Source: Betaproteobacteria bacterium (GTDB lineage Bacteria > Pseudomonadota > Gammaproteobacteria > Burkholderiales > SG8-41). From it: 64,000 bases of DNA. The notes beneath the pieces are model-generated. The model had not been told where the DNA came from. It was given only the letters and a program-made list of their open reading frames with translations, and searched no databases. The stretch lies in the NCBI GenBank assembly GCA_016868035.1, contig VGID01000001.1, positions 64,289 through 128,288 of the forward strand, read 5' to 3'. Shown here piece by piece: positions 46,391 through 57,680 of this stretch; the first letter of the stretch is position 1; each line of letters begins with the position of its first letter. The position numbers were made by a program, and so were the translations under genes.

Positions 46391-46992
46391 TGCCGTTCTG
46401 TGTCGGGATCACCGGCGGAATCGGATCGGGAAAATCGAGCGCGGCCGAAATGTTCGCGGCCCTCGGCGCCGCGGTCGTGGACACGGATGCGATTGCGCGC
46501 GAGTTGACGCAGCCCGGGGGGGGCGCGCTCACCGCCATCCGCGACGCGTTTGGCGCTGAATGCATCGCGCCCGACGGCGGGCTCGAACGGGCCGCGATGC
46601 GCCGGCTCGTGTTCCGCGATCCCGCCGCGAAAGCAAGGCTCGAGGCGATCCTCCATCCCCTGATCCGCGCCGAATCGCGCGCGCGCCTCGCGGCCGCCCG
46701 CGAGCCCTACGTCATCGTGGTAGTGCCGCTGCTGTTCGAGACCGGCGCTTACGAGGACATCGTGGACCGCGTGCTGGTCGTGGATTGCTCCGAGGACGAG
46801 CAGATCCGCCGGACCATCGGGCGCAGCGGCCTGCAAGAAGAAGAGGTGCGCGCCATCATGGCCGCGCAGTTGCCGCGCGCTGCGCGCCTGGAGCGGGCAG
46901 ACGACGTGCTGCATAATGACAAGGGCATGGAAGCCCTGCGCGAGCAGGTGCTCGAACTCCACGCGAAATACCTCACGCTCGCGCGCCCGTGA
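46390..46992 (+). CDS. coaE: dephospho-CoA kinase
   Basis: In-frame tail of ORF 45658..46992. The ATG overlaps the pilD stop (TGATG). P-loop GITGGIGSGKS. Confidence 0.92.
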   Translation: MPFCVGITGGIGSGKSSAAEMFAALGAAVVDTDAIARELTQPGGGALTAIRDAFGAECIAPDGGLERAAMRRLVFRDPAAKARLEAILHPLIRAESRARLAAAREPYVIVVVPLLFETGAYEDIVDRVLVVDCSEDEQIRRTIGRSGLQEEEVRAIMAAQLPRAARLERADDVLHNDKGMEALREQVLELHAKYLTLARP

Positions 46993-47127
46993 CCGCCCCC
47001 GCGCCCCCGCCCCGGGCCGCTAAACCTCCCAGAAATACAGGTTTAAAGTCTTTATTTTTTTCGGTTTTTGATGAATACTTGACTGCAGCGCCGGTCGTTT
47101 GACCGAATTCGAGGGGTCTCACCCGCC

Positions 47128-47883
47128 GTGATCAGTTATGAGTACCCGCTGAGCGAGCGCGTGCGCACGTTGTTGCGCCTGGACGACCTGTTCGAGCGCG
47201 TCGAATACTTTCTGCACAAGAACGACCGGCACGAGCACCACGTCGCGCTGCTCTTCATCTTCGAGATCCTCGAGGTGTCGGGCCGCGCCGACCTCAAATC
47301 CGACCTGCTTCAGGAACTGGAGCGCCAGAAGCAGGCGCTGGAAGTGCTGCGCGAGAATCCCGACGTCTCGCAGGAAGCGCTCGACAGCGTGCTGTGGCAG
47401 ATCGACCAAGCCTCCTCGAAGCTGCTCCAGGCCCCGGGCAAGATCGGCCAGGAGTTGCGCGAGAACGAATGGCTGATGAGCATACGCCAGCGTACCAACA
47501 TCCCGGGCGGCGTGTGCGAGTTCGACCTGCCCTCGTATCACTTCTGGCTGCAGCAGGACCCGGAGCAGCACCGCCACGACCTGCAGCGCTGGCTCGCGCC
47601 CTTCCTGCCGATGCGCGACGGGATCGCGATCGTGCTGCGGCTGCTGCGCGAGAGCGGCAAGACCACTTCGCAGGTCGCCTACCAGGGCGTCTACCAGCAG
47701 ATGATGGCCGGGCGCATGGCGCAGATGCTGCGCATCCGCCTGAAGCGGGAGTACGACTGCGTGCCGGAAATCAGTGCCAACAAGTACGCGCTCAACATCC
47801 GCTTCACGAAGCAGGAGGGCATGCACCGGCCCAAGGCTTCGGAGACCGACGTCGAGTTCGAGTTGACCTTCTGCAATCTCTAG
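47128..47883 (+). CDS. zapD: cell division protein ZapD
   Basis: ORF track, 251 aa. ISYEYPLSERVRTLLRLDDLFERV. Conserved coaE-zapD-yacG order. Confidence 0.87.
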   Translation: MISYEYPLSERVRTLLRLDDLFERVEYFLHKNDRHEHHVALLFIFEILEVSGRADLKSDLLQELERQKQALEVLRENPDVSQEALDSVLWQIDQASSKLLQAPGKIGQELRENEWLMSIRQRTNIPGGVCEFDLPSYHFWLQQDPEQHRHDLQRWLAPFLPMRDGIAIVLRLLRESGKTTSQVAYQGVYQQMMAGRMAQMLRIRLKREYDCVPEISANKYALNIRFTKQEGMHRPKASETDVEFELTFCNL

Positions 47884-47928
47884 AACTCTGCCGGGCCCGC
47901 GTCCGGCAAATTCCTTATTGAGCAGGAC

Positions 47929-48150
47929 ATGGATTCAAAGCCACGCGTCGTAAACTGTCCGACCTGTGGCAAGGCCGCGTCATGGACGCCAGGCAATGTC
48001 TGGCGTCCATTCTGCTCCGAGCGCTGCAAGATGATCGACCTCGGCGCGTGGGCGGACGAGAGGTACCGCGTCCCGGTGGCCGAGGACAAGGACCAGCTGG
48101 AGGTCCAGAGCCCCGATGCGGCGCCGACGGACGCCGCTGGACGCCGATAG
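47929..48150 (+). CDS. yacG: DNA gyrase inhibitor YacG (zinc finger)
   Basis: ORF track, 73 aa. CPTCGK...[14 protein letters not shown]. Confidence 0.9.
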   Translation: MDSKPRVVNCPTCGKAASWTPGNVWRPFCSERCKMIDLGAWADERYRVPVAEDKDQLEVQSPDAAPTDAAGRR

Positions 48151-48177
48151 GAACCGGCGTCGAGCCGCCAACGCGCC

Positions 48178-48250
48178 AAGATGAACACGGATGGCGCCGC
48201 AGATGAGCGCAGATATGACTCAACCTTCTGCCTGCCGCCTTCCGCCTCGC
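48178..48250. repeat. half-site of the decamer family followed by a CTGCC-type heptamer run
   Basis: AAGATGAACA CGGATGGCGC CGCAGATGAG CGCAGATATG, then TTCTGCC TGCCGCC TTCCGCC TCGCGG. Confidence 0.5.
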
Positions 48251-48299
48251 GGTGTGCCCACGAGTAGGTCAAAGGCGCTGTCCGCAGTATTCCAGATGC

Positions 48300-49031
48300 T
48301 CAGTTGAGCGTGGCCGCGATTTTCCGGATCTCGTCCGGCGTGCGCTCGCCTGCCAGTGGCGTTCGCGGGACCAGATGCTTGCCCATCGCGAGGCCCCCGA
48401 TCAGCACCGGCTCGTAGCCGATATCGCGGATCAGGCCCGACGCGATCGCGATCGCTTTCGGATCGTCGCTAGCGATCGGCATTCCGGCACGCTCCTGGCG
48501 CTGCGCAGCTTCCGCCATCCTCGTGTAACCGACCGCATTGAACGCGCGGACAATGCGCGCCCCGGGCAGCAGCTCCGCCGAGGCGAGGCCGGCGCCTTTT
48601 TCCCGCGCCCAGACCCCGACATCGCCATCGCGCTCGGCAAAAGGATTGCAGGTGTCGATCACCACTTTGCCTTTGATCAAGTCCCTCAGCTCTTTCCCCA
48701 CCTGCGGCAGCGCGTGGTACGGCACCGAGATCAGCACCACATCGCCGAATGCGGCGGCCTCGCGCGGCGTTCCGGCCCGGGCGTTGGCCCCGACGCTGGC
48801 GGCGAGCGCCTTGTCGTGTTCGAGATCGAGCGACGAGAACATCACTGCGTGCCCGGCCTTCGCCCAAACGCGGCCGAGCGTCCCGCCGACTCTGCCCGAA
48901 CCGACGATTCCGATTTTCATTTTTCCGGTTGCCGCGTATGCGGCAAACGGCAGGCTGCTCAGGGCAAACGTCGCCGCGGCAGCCTGGAGAAATCCGCGGC
49001 GGTTTTTCCTCGTGGAGTGGCCTGCTCTCAT
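48300..49031 (-). CDS. NAD(P)-binding oxidoreductase (F420-dependent NADP reductase / ProC-like fold) with twin-arginine signal
   Basis: ORF 48300..49118. ATG 49031 preceded by AGGAG. Tat motif NRRGFLQAAAATFALSSLPFAAYA, then Rossmann KIGIVGSGRVGG. Confidence 0.8.
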   Translation of the reverse strand: MRAGHSTRKNRRGFLQAAAATFALSSLPFAAYAATGKMKIGIVGSGRVGGTLGRVWAKAGHAVMFSSLDLEHDKALAASVGANARAGTPREAAAFGDVVLISVPYHALPQVGKELRDLIKGKVVIDTCNPFAERDGDVGVWAREKGAGLASAELLPGARIVRAFNAVGYTRMAEAAQRQERAGMPIASDDPKAIAIASGLIRDIGYEPVLIGGLAMGKHLVPRTPLAGERTPDEIRKIAATLN

Positions 49032-49294
49032 CACAAATCTCCTGACGGTTATCGCTAAGAAACCCACCGGACCCGGCACTGCTGCCAATACGTTACGCGG
49101 GCAACGGGTTCCCGGCAATGCCGAACCAGAAGCGAACGTCCGCTGTTGGCCGCTTGGGGGCCGAATGACGCCAGCGAAAAAAGAAGAAATGGCGCCCGCA
49201 GCCGCAGGGCCGTGTTTTCAGGCGCGCCGCTAGCGCAAATGCCGGGAGCTGGCGGAGGCGGAGCCGTGCTGGTGGAGGTCGTGCAAATACCCGG

Positions 49295-49699
49295 CTACTT
49301 GGTGCCGACCCAGCCGTGTTCGGAGAGGTCGATCGTCACGCCGTCCGGCCCCGTGAACTTGACCTCGATGTTTCCTCGCTTCGCCATCTCCTCCGTTCCC
49401 GGATAGGGACGGTGCACGGCGCCCGCCTTCTCGATTCGCGCCCGCGCCCGCACCATGTCCTCGACTTCGACGCCGAAGTGATGGACGCCAGTGTACTTGG
49501 GCGCGCCCTCCGTAGTGGCGGGGTCGTCGTTCCTGAACTTCAGGATCGCGAGGTTTACGTGGCCGTCGCTCAGGTAGTAGCCCTCGGCGGTTGCAGAGTT
49601 GACCCTTCCGACTTCCTTCAAACCGAGGCCTTCGATGTAGAACCGCGCCGTTGCCTCCGGGTGCCGCGTACCGATCGCGATGTGCCGAATCCTCGCCAT
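49295..49699 (-). CDS. VOC (glyoxalase/bleomycin-resistance/dioxygenase) family protein
   Basis: C-terminal 134 codons of ORF 49295..49957. ATG 49699 preceded by GGAGG. MARIRHIAIGTRHPEATARFY...HHFGVEVED. Confidence 0.85.
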   Translation of the reverse strand: MARIRHIAIGTRHPEATARFYIEGLGLKEVGRVNSATAEGYYLSDGHVNLAILKFRNDDPATTEGAPKYTGVHHFGVEVEDMVRARARIEKAGAVHRPYPGTEEMAKRGNIEVKFTGPDGVTIDLSEHGWVGTK

Positions 49700-49857
49700 T
49701 GTCGCCTCCGTGTTCCGGGTGATAAGAAGCTCGACTCGCCTGCTGCGCGCAGTGCGCAAAGGGCACTGCGCAAAATCATGCGCTCGACAGGCAAAACGGG
49801 TCAAGGACCAGCGCGCGGAGAGGGGTGCCGGTTGACCGGTCAACATGCCGGTCGAGC

Positions 49858-50310
49858 CTACCCGTGCGGTACGAAGCTCATGCGGGCAAGTTCCGCGCGG
49901 AGCCGCTCTTGGTTGGCCAGGTCCGGTAGCTCGATGTCCAGCCGCTGGATGATCCATATTCCGGCCTTGGGTAGTGGCGGGTTTTGAAGCGCGCCCTCGG
50001 GGCGCAAATATCGAATTTCGCCCAGCGTCACTCTGCCGCCGTGCCGGGCGGCGAATCTTGAGATCGAGTTGATGCGGTCTTGGAGTTGCTGCTTGGCATG
50101 GAGTGCATCCGGGCTGCGCGTTTCCACGGTTCCGGAGAAGAGGAGACGTGGAGCTTGATCGCCGGGTGTGCTGGCCCGCGCGGACACTTCGGGAATTATT
50201 GGAGCCGACAACCCGGTGGAAACGCGCGTGACGGACCTGCCAAGGGCCCCGCCGATGATGACCGCGATCAAAAGTATCGCTACCGTGATCCAGATGCGTG
50301 TGTTGGTCAT
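49858..50310 (-). CDS. membrane-anchored hypothetical protein downstream of tetR
   Basis: ORF 49858..50358. ATG 50310 preceded by AGGAG. N-terminal TM helix RIWITVAILLIAVIIGGAL. No family recognised. Confidence 0.55.
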   Translation of the reverse strand: MTNTRIWITVAILLIAVIIGGALGRSVTRVSTGLSAPIIPEVSARASTPGDQAPRLLFSGTVETRSPDALHAKQQLQDRINSISRFAARHGGRVTLGEIRYLRPEGALQNPPLPKAGIWIIQRLDIELPDLANQERLRAELARMSFVPHG

Positions 50311-50332
50311 TGTCGCTACTCCTGCATAAAAA

Positions 50333-50346
50333 AGACCGAACGGTCT
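50333..50346. promoter_or_regulatory. TetR-type operator candidate 2: AGACCG-AA-CGGTCT
   Basis: Perfect 6+6 inverted repeat between the tetR stop (50368) and the downstream gene start (50310). Same core as 50975..50988. Confidence 0.6.
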
Positions 50347-50367
50347 GTAAAAGTCCAAAAAAAATTC

Positions 50368-50961
50368 CTACGTTTTCAATTCACCGTTCACGTAGTCCAC
50401 CAGGCGCGCGATGACCCGGCGCAGGTGCACGGGATCCTTGTACAGGTTGCTCATCATCACGGCGCCCTCGAGCGAGGTGATGAACAACGTCGCCTCCGTA
50501 TCCGGGTGCACGTGGGGACGAATCTCGCCGCGGGAGATGCCCTTGGCGATAATGCGCACGAACATGTCCCGCCACTGGTCCATCGCCTGGCGCGCCCGCG
50601 CGCGCAGCACCGGACTGGTGTCGTCGCTCTCAATCGCGCAGTTCATCAGCGGGCATCCCCCGGCGAACGGCGCATCTCCTTCGTACACTTCGAACAGGGT
50701 GATCACCGCGACCAGGCGATCCACCGCATGCTCCTTGCCTTCCAGCGCCGCGCGGTACTTTTCTGCGATGCGCTCGACGGCATAGTCGAACGCCTGAACC
50801 GCCAAGTCTTCCTTGCTCTTGAAGTGGTTGTAGATGCCGCCTTTCTGCATCCCGGTCGCCTCCATGATCTCGGAGACGGACGAGCTCAGGAAGCCGCGCT
50901 GATTCAGGAGCTGCGCGGCACGCTCGAGTATGCGTTTCCGCGTTTGCTCACCTTTACTCAT
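50368..50961 (-). CDS. TetR/AcrR-family transcriptional regulator
   Basis: ORF 50368..50997. ATG 50961 (MSKGEQTRKRILERAAQ) preferred, because the TTG at 50997 is the TTGACA -35 box. HTH SVSEIMEATGMQKGGIYNHFKSKEDL. Confidence 0.9.
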   Translation of the reverse strand: MSKGEQTRKRILERAAQLLNQRGFLSSSVSEIMEATGMQKGGIYNHFKSKEDLAVQAFDYAVERIAEKYRAALEGKEHAVDRLVAVITLFEVYEGDAPFAGGCPLMNCAIESDDTSPVLRARARQAMDQWRDMFVRIIAKGISRGEIRPHVHPDTEATLFITSLEGAVMMSNLYKDPVHLRRVIARLVDYVNGELKT

Positions 50962-50968
50962 GCTGATT

Positions 50969-50997
50969 ATTTTAAGACCGTTCGGTCTTTTTGTCAA
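50969..50997 (-). promoter_or_regulatory. tetR promoter with embedded operator 1 (AGACCG-TT-CGGTCT at 50975..50988)
   Basis: Minus strand reads TTGACA-aaaagaccgaacggtct-TAAAAT-aatcagc-ATG. Near-consensus -35 and -10 boxes with a 17-nt spacer that is almost entirely the palindrome. Only 7 nt separate the -10 box from the ATG. Confidence 0.65.
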
Positions 50998-51083
50998 TTT
51001 ACATGGTCTGCGGGATCGCGGGTGGCCGCGATGTGGATCACATCAGGCAACTGAATTATCTGTATTTCCACAGAAAAACGTGG

Positions 51084-52076
51084 CTAGGCTGCCCAAGCGG
51101 CGCGCATCATGCTGATGCCGTGCGCGCCGGACCGCCACGCGGTTTCCAGGTCCGGCGGATTGAGCCCCCCGAGCGCATACACCGGCAACGGATAGTCGCG
51201 CACCATCGCGGCGAACCGCTTCCACCCCATGCCCCGCGCTTCCGGATGGCTGGGCGTGGGCAGGACCGGGCCCAGCACCACGAGATCCACACCGAGCGCC
51301 GCTGCGCGCGCGAGTTCCTCCGCGTCATGACACGAAGCGCCGACGAGCTCGAGCTCCGGCCTCGCCCCGATCCGCGCAAGCTGCGCGGCGGTGAGATGCA
51401 CGCCGTCCGCGCCCACCCGCTGCGCGAGCGCCGCATCGGCGTTCACCAGCACCCGCGCGCCGCTCGCGTGCGCAAGGCGCACGACTTCCGCAGCCAGGCC
51501 GCGCAGCTCGTCCGGGGCGAGGCTCTTTTCGCGCACCTGCAGCAGCTTGAGGCCCCGATCGAGAGCGCGCTGCAGCCGCCGCAGGAGCTCGGTCCGGCCG
51601 AGCGCCGCGGCATTGGTGATGCCATAGACCGGGGGGAGCCTCAGCGCGCGCAATATCGGTGCGTTCGCGGGCAGCAGCGGGCCCACGTCCACCGCCGCCG
51701 GCGACTGCCATACAAAACGCTGGTTTTCCCTGCCGTGGAGCTCGCCGGACCAGCGCATCACGCGGAAGAAGCGCAGCCGCACCGCGGCGTGCGCGTAGTC
51801 GTAATCGCGGGTGAGCCATGGGTGGGCGCTTTTCACCTCGATGCCGAGCTCCTCGTGCAGCTCGCGCGTGAGCGCTGCGAGCGGCGTCTCGTCGGCCTCG
51901 ACCTTGCCGCCGGGAAATTCCCAGTATCCGCCGTAGGGCTTGCCCGCCGGACGCTGCCCGAGCAGGAACGTGCCATCCTCGCGCAGGACGACGGCCGCGG
52001 CGACCTCCACTCTCGAGGGGGATGAATGACGGGCGACGGGTGACGGGTCCGCGGCGGCGTCGAAATTGCTGCTCAT
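51084..52076 (-). CDS. Nudix (MutT-like) hydrolase fused to a thiamine-phosphate-synthase-like (ThiE) domain
   Basis: ORF 51084..52151. Nudix box GGKVEADETPLAALTRELHEELGI. C-terminal TIM-barrel ThiE-like region (GADGVHL, VYALGG). The start is uncertain (GTG 52151, ATG 52076 or GTG 52010). Confidence 0.83.
   Translation of the reverse strand: MSSNFDAAADPSPVARHSSPSRVEVAAAVVLREDGTFLLGQRPAGKPYGGYWEFPGGKVEADETPLAALTRELHEELGIEVKSAHPWLTRDYDYAHAAVRLRFFRVMRWSGELHGRENQRFVWQSPAAVDVGPLLPANAPILRALRLPPVYGITNAAALGRTELLRRLQRALDRGLKLLQVREKSLAPDELRGLAAEVVRLAHASGARVLVNADAALAQRVGADGVHLTAAQLARIGARPELELVGASCHDAEELARAAALGVDLVVLGPVLPTPSHPEARGMGWKRFAAMVRDYPLPVYALGGLNPPDLETAWRSGAHGISMMRAAWAA
52021..52050. repeat. heptamer run, GACGGGT type, inside the annotated 5' end of the Nudix-ThiE gene
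   Basis: GATGAAT GACGGGC GACGGGT GACGGGT. Confidence 0.6.
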
Positions 52077-52170
52077 CGTTCCCGAGTCGCGTTCACGGCG
52101 TGACTTGCGGTTCGCGCGTCGCGTAGCGGCGCGGCTATCCTCAGCCGCCACTCGTCACCCATCGCTGCGG

Positions 52171-53055
52171 TTAACGTTTCTTGCCCCCCGCCTCCAGGGC
52201 ATGTCGCCCCGCCCAGTCGCGCGCGAACTGCCACGCCACGCGCCCGCTGCGCGAGCCGCGCGCGAGCGCCCACTGCAGTGCGGCGCGCTGCACCGTCTCG
52301 TTTTGCTCCGCGGTGGACTTGAAGTGCTCGAGCCAGACGGCGACGATCTTGAGGTAGTCGTCCTGGTCGAACGGGTAGAAGGAGACCCACAGCCCGAAGC
52401 GCTCGGAGAGCGAGACCTTCTCCTCGGAGGTCTCGCTCGGATGGATTTCCTCGCCGAGATGCTTGTACTCGAGGTTCTCGCGCATGAACTCCGGCATCAG
52501 GTGGCGCCGGTTGGACGTGGCGTAAATGACGCAGTTATCGGATGCCGCGGCGATCGAGCCGTCGAGCACCACCTTGAGCGCCTTGAACCCCGGCTCGTCG
52601 GCCTCGAAGGAGAGATCGTCGCAGTAGAGGATGAAGCGCTCGGGCCGCTGGTAGATGTGCTCGACGATGTCGGGCAGGTCCACAAGGTCGCGCTTCTCGA
52701 CCTCGATCAGCCTCAAGCCCTTCGCGGCGTACTTGTTGAGCAGCGCCTTGACCAGCGAGGATTTGCCGGTGCCGCGCGCGCCCGTAAGGAGCACGTTGTT
52801 CGCCGGGCATTTCTCCACGAACTGCCGCGTGTTGCGCTCGACCAGCTCCTTCTGCGCGTCGATGCCCTGGAGGTCGCGAAGAGCGATGCGGTGGACCTGG
52901 CGCACCGGTTCGATGTGGCCGCGGCCGTTGCGCTTGCGCCAGCGGAACGCAACCGAGCCTTCCCAGTCGGGAGGGGCGTCGTCCCGCGGGAGCAGCCGCT
53001 CGAGCCGCGCGAGCACTCCTTCCGCCTGCTTGATCAACTTATCCGCACTTGCCAT
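52171..53055 (-). CDS. DUF815-type AAA-like ATP-binding protein
   Basis: ORF track, 294 aa. Walker A GARGTGKSS, Walker B ILYCDDLSF. Confidence 0.86.
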   Translation of the reverse strand: MASADKLIKQAEGVLARLERLLPRDDAPPDWEGSVAFRWRKRNGRGHIEPVRQVHRIALRDLQGIDAQKELVERNTRQFVEKCPANNVLLTGARGTGKSSLVKALLNKYAAKGLRLIEVEKRDLVDLPDIVEHIYQRPERFILYCDDLSFEADEPGFKALKVVLDGSIAAASDNCVIYATSNRRHLMPEFMRENLEYKHLGEEIHPSETSEEKVSLSERFGLWVSFYPFDQDDYLKIVAVWLEHFKSTAEQNETVQRAALQWALARGSRSGRVAWQFARDWAGRHALEAGGKKR

Positions 53056-53081
53056 GCCGGGATTCTAACCGCCAAAGCACC

Positions 53082-53199
53082 GGAGAGGCGATAGAAGAGA
53101 GGGGATAGGCGTCAAACCCGGGCGACTGCATCGATGCCTTGCCCCTCTCTCCTCTCTCCTCTCTCCTCTCTCCTCTCTCCTCTATCGTCTATCGTCAGG
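53082..53199. repeat. purine arm + pyrimidine heptamer array (CCTCTCT x5, CCTCTAT, CGTCTAT, CGTCAGG)
   Basis: Left arm GGAGAGG CGATAGA AGAGAGG GGATAGG. Right arm 53144-53199, counted unit by unit. The last unit contains the argJ stop (53195-53197). Confidence 0.9.
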
Positions 53200-54433
53200 T
53201 ACGGTATTCGGCATTGATGGTGACGTAGTCGTGCGAGAGGTCGCAGGTCCACACGGTGGCGGCCGCCGTCCCGCGGTTCAGCGCGACCCGTATCGTGATC
53301 TCCGGCTGCTTCATCACCCGCTGCCCGTCGGCCTCGCGGTAGCCGGCGTGCCGGCTCCCGTTCTTCGCCACGAGCACGTCATCGAGATAGAGATCCACCT
53401 TCTCGATCGCGAGGTCGGCGACGCCGGCATTGCCCGCCGCGGCGAGGATGCGTCCCAGGTTGGGATCGGAGGCAAAGAAGGCGGTTTTCACCAGGGGCGA
53501 GCGCGCGATCGCGTGCGCGACCCGGCGGCACTCGTCTTCCTTGCGCCCGCCCTCGACGCGGATGGTGATGAATTTCGTCGCACCCTCGCCGTCGCGCACG
53601 ATCGCCTGCGCGAGCTCCGCCGCCACCGCGCTCACCCCGTCCAGCAGCGCCGCGTACTCTGCGCTTCCCGTCTCGGTGATTTCCGGCATGTCGGCGCGCC
53701 CGCTGGCGATCAGCATGAACGCGTCGTTGGTCGAGGTGTCCCCATCCACCGTCACGCAGTTGAAAGAGCGTTGCGCCGCCTGCGCCACCGCGGCGCGCAA
53801 GAGCGGCAGCGACACCCGCGCATCGGTCGCGACGAAAGCGAGCATGGTGGCCATGTTGGGATGGATCATGCCCGCGCCCTTCGCGATGCCGGTTACCGTG
53901 ACGCTCGCCGCGCCGACCGCGACCCGGCGCGAAGCCGCCTTCGGCAGGGTGTCGGTGGTCATGATCGCCTGCGCCGCGGCGAACCAGCGGTCCGCGCCCA
54001 GGTCCGCGAGACAGGCAGGAAGGCCGCCGGCGATCTTCTCGACCGGCAGCGGCTCCATGATGACGCCCGTGGAAAACGGCAGGACCTGGGACGAGGCGCA
54101 ACCGAGCAGCCGCGCGAGCTCGCTGCAGCTCTGGCGCGCGGCCGCCACGCCTTCCTTTCCGGTACCCGCATTGGCGCAGCCGGTATTGACGAGAAGTGCC
54201 CGCATCGAGGCGCCGGGATCGACCATGCTCAAATGCTGGCGCGCCACCACCACGGGTGCGGCGCAGAAGCGGTTCTGCGTGAATACACCCGCCACGCGCG
54301 CGCCCTCTTCGAGCCGGATGACGAGCAGATCGTTGCGGCCGGACTTGCGAATCTGCGCTTCGGCGACGCCCAGGGTCACGCCGGGCACGGGCAGGATGCC
54401 GTTCGGGTCTGGCGGCTTGAGGTTGACGGGCAT
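53195..54433 (-). CDS. argJ: bifunctional glutamate N-acetyltransferase / amino-acid acetyltransferase
   Basis: ORF track, 412 aa. Autocleavage site context [17 protein letters not shown] motif. Confidence 0.95.
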   Translation of the reverse strand: MPVNLKPPDPNGILPVPGVTLGVAEAQIRKSGRNDLLVIRLEEGARVAGVFTQNRFCAAPVVVARQHLSMVDPGASMRALLVNTGCANAGTGKEGVAAARQSCSELARLLGCASSQVLPFSTGVIMEPLPVEKIAGGLPACLADLGADRWFAAAQAIMTTDTLPKAASRRVAVGAASVTVTGIAKGAGMIHPNMATMLAFVATDARVSLPLLRAAVAQAAQRSFNCVTVDGDTSTNDAFMLIASGRADMPEITETGSAEYAALLDGVSAVAAELAQAIVRDGEGATKFITIRVEGGRKEDECRRVAHAIARSPLVKTAFFASDPNLGRILAAAGNAGVADLAIEKVDLYLDDVLVAKNGSRHAGYREADGQRVMKQPEITIRVALNRGTAAATVWTCDLSHDYVTINAEYRT

Positions 54434-54625
54434 TGGTATCCGGATCGGATTCCGGAATGATCGCTTTGGGCAGGGTCGATTATATCGGGACGAGCGAAAT
54501 TTACATGAGAGTTTTCGCGCCCGGAAACCGATAACGCCCCGCGTGCGTGGCGTCCAGGTTCCTATTTCATCAGGCCGCTTCCATATGGCTGGGTCGCCAC
54601 CGGGCTAGCCTGCAATGGACTACCG

Positions 54626-57445
<2,820 letters not shown>

Positions 57446-57460
57446 CCGCGCCGGGCTCTA

Positions 57461-57620
57461 AGAGCGCGTGTCAAAAAGGCCCAAAAAGCTCGAAACCGCC
57501 GATGAACGCAGATACACGCAGATAACAACAAGCCTGTGAACACCCAAAACGCTTTTTGTTTTCGTCGGCGTGTATCGGCGTTTATCTGTGGTTAACATTT
57601 CTTGATTTTGCTACCGGCTC
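57461..57620 (-). mobile_element. 160-bp MITE-like element, copy B (inverted relative to copy A), in the secA leader
   Basis: See copy A. It starts 15 nt upstream of the secA ATG, ends 1 nt from the M23 terminator, and is bracketed by TA dinucleotides. Confidence 0.65.
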
Positions 57621-57621
57621 T

Positions 57622-57654
57622 AAACAAAAAGGGGTGGGGAACCTGCCCCACCCC
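57622..57654 (-). terminator. rho-independent terminator after the M23 peptidase gene
   Basis: Minus strand reads GGGGUGGGG CAGGUU CCCCACCCC UUUUUGUUU. 9-bp G/C stem (57631-57639 and 57646-57654). Confidence 0.88.
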
Positions 57655-57680
57655 CCTTCGGAATTCCTTTCTGTAAACCG

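Noticed and set aside
48140-48161. Hairpin GACGCCG/CGGCGTC overlapping the yacG stop as a terminator
   Set aside because: The stem is only 7 bp, no U-run follows on either strand, and it overlaps coding sequence. The evidence is insufficient.
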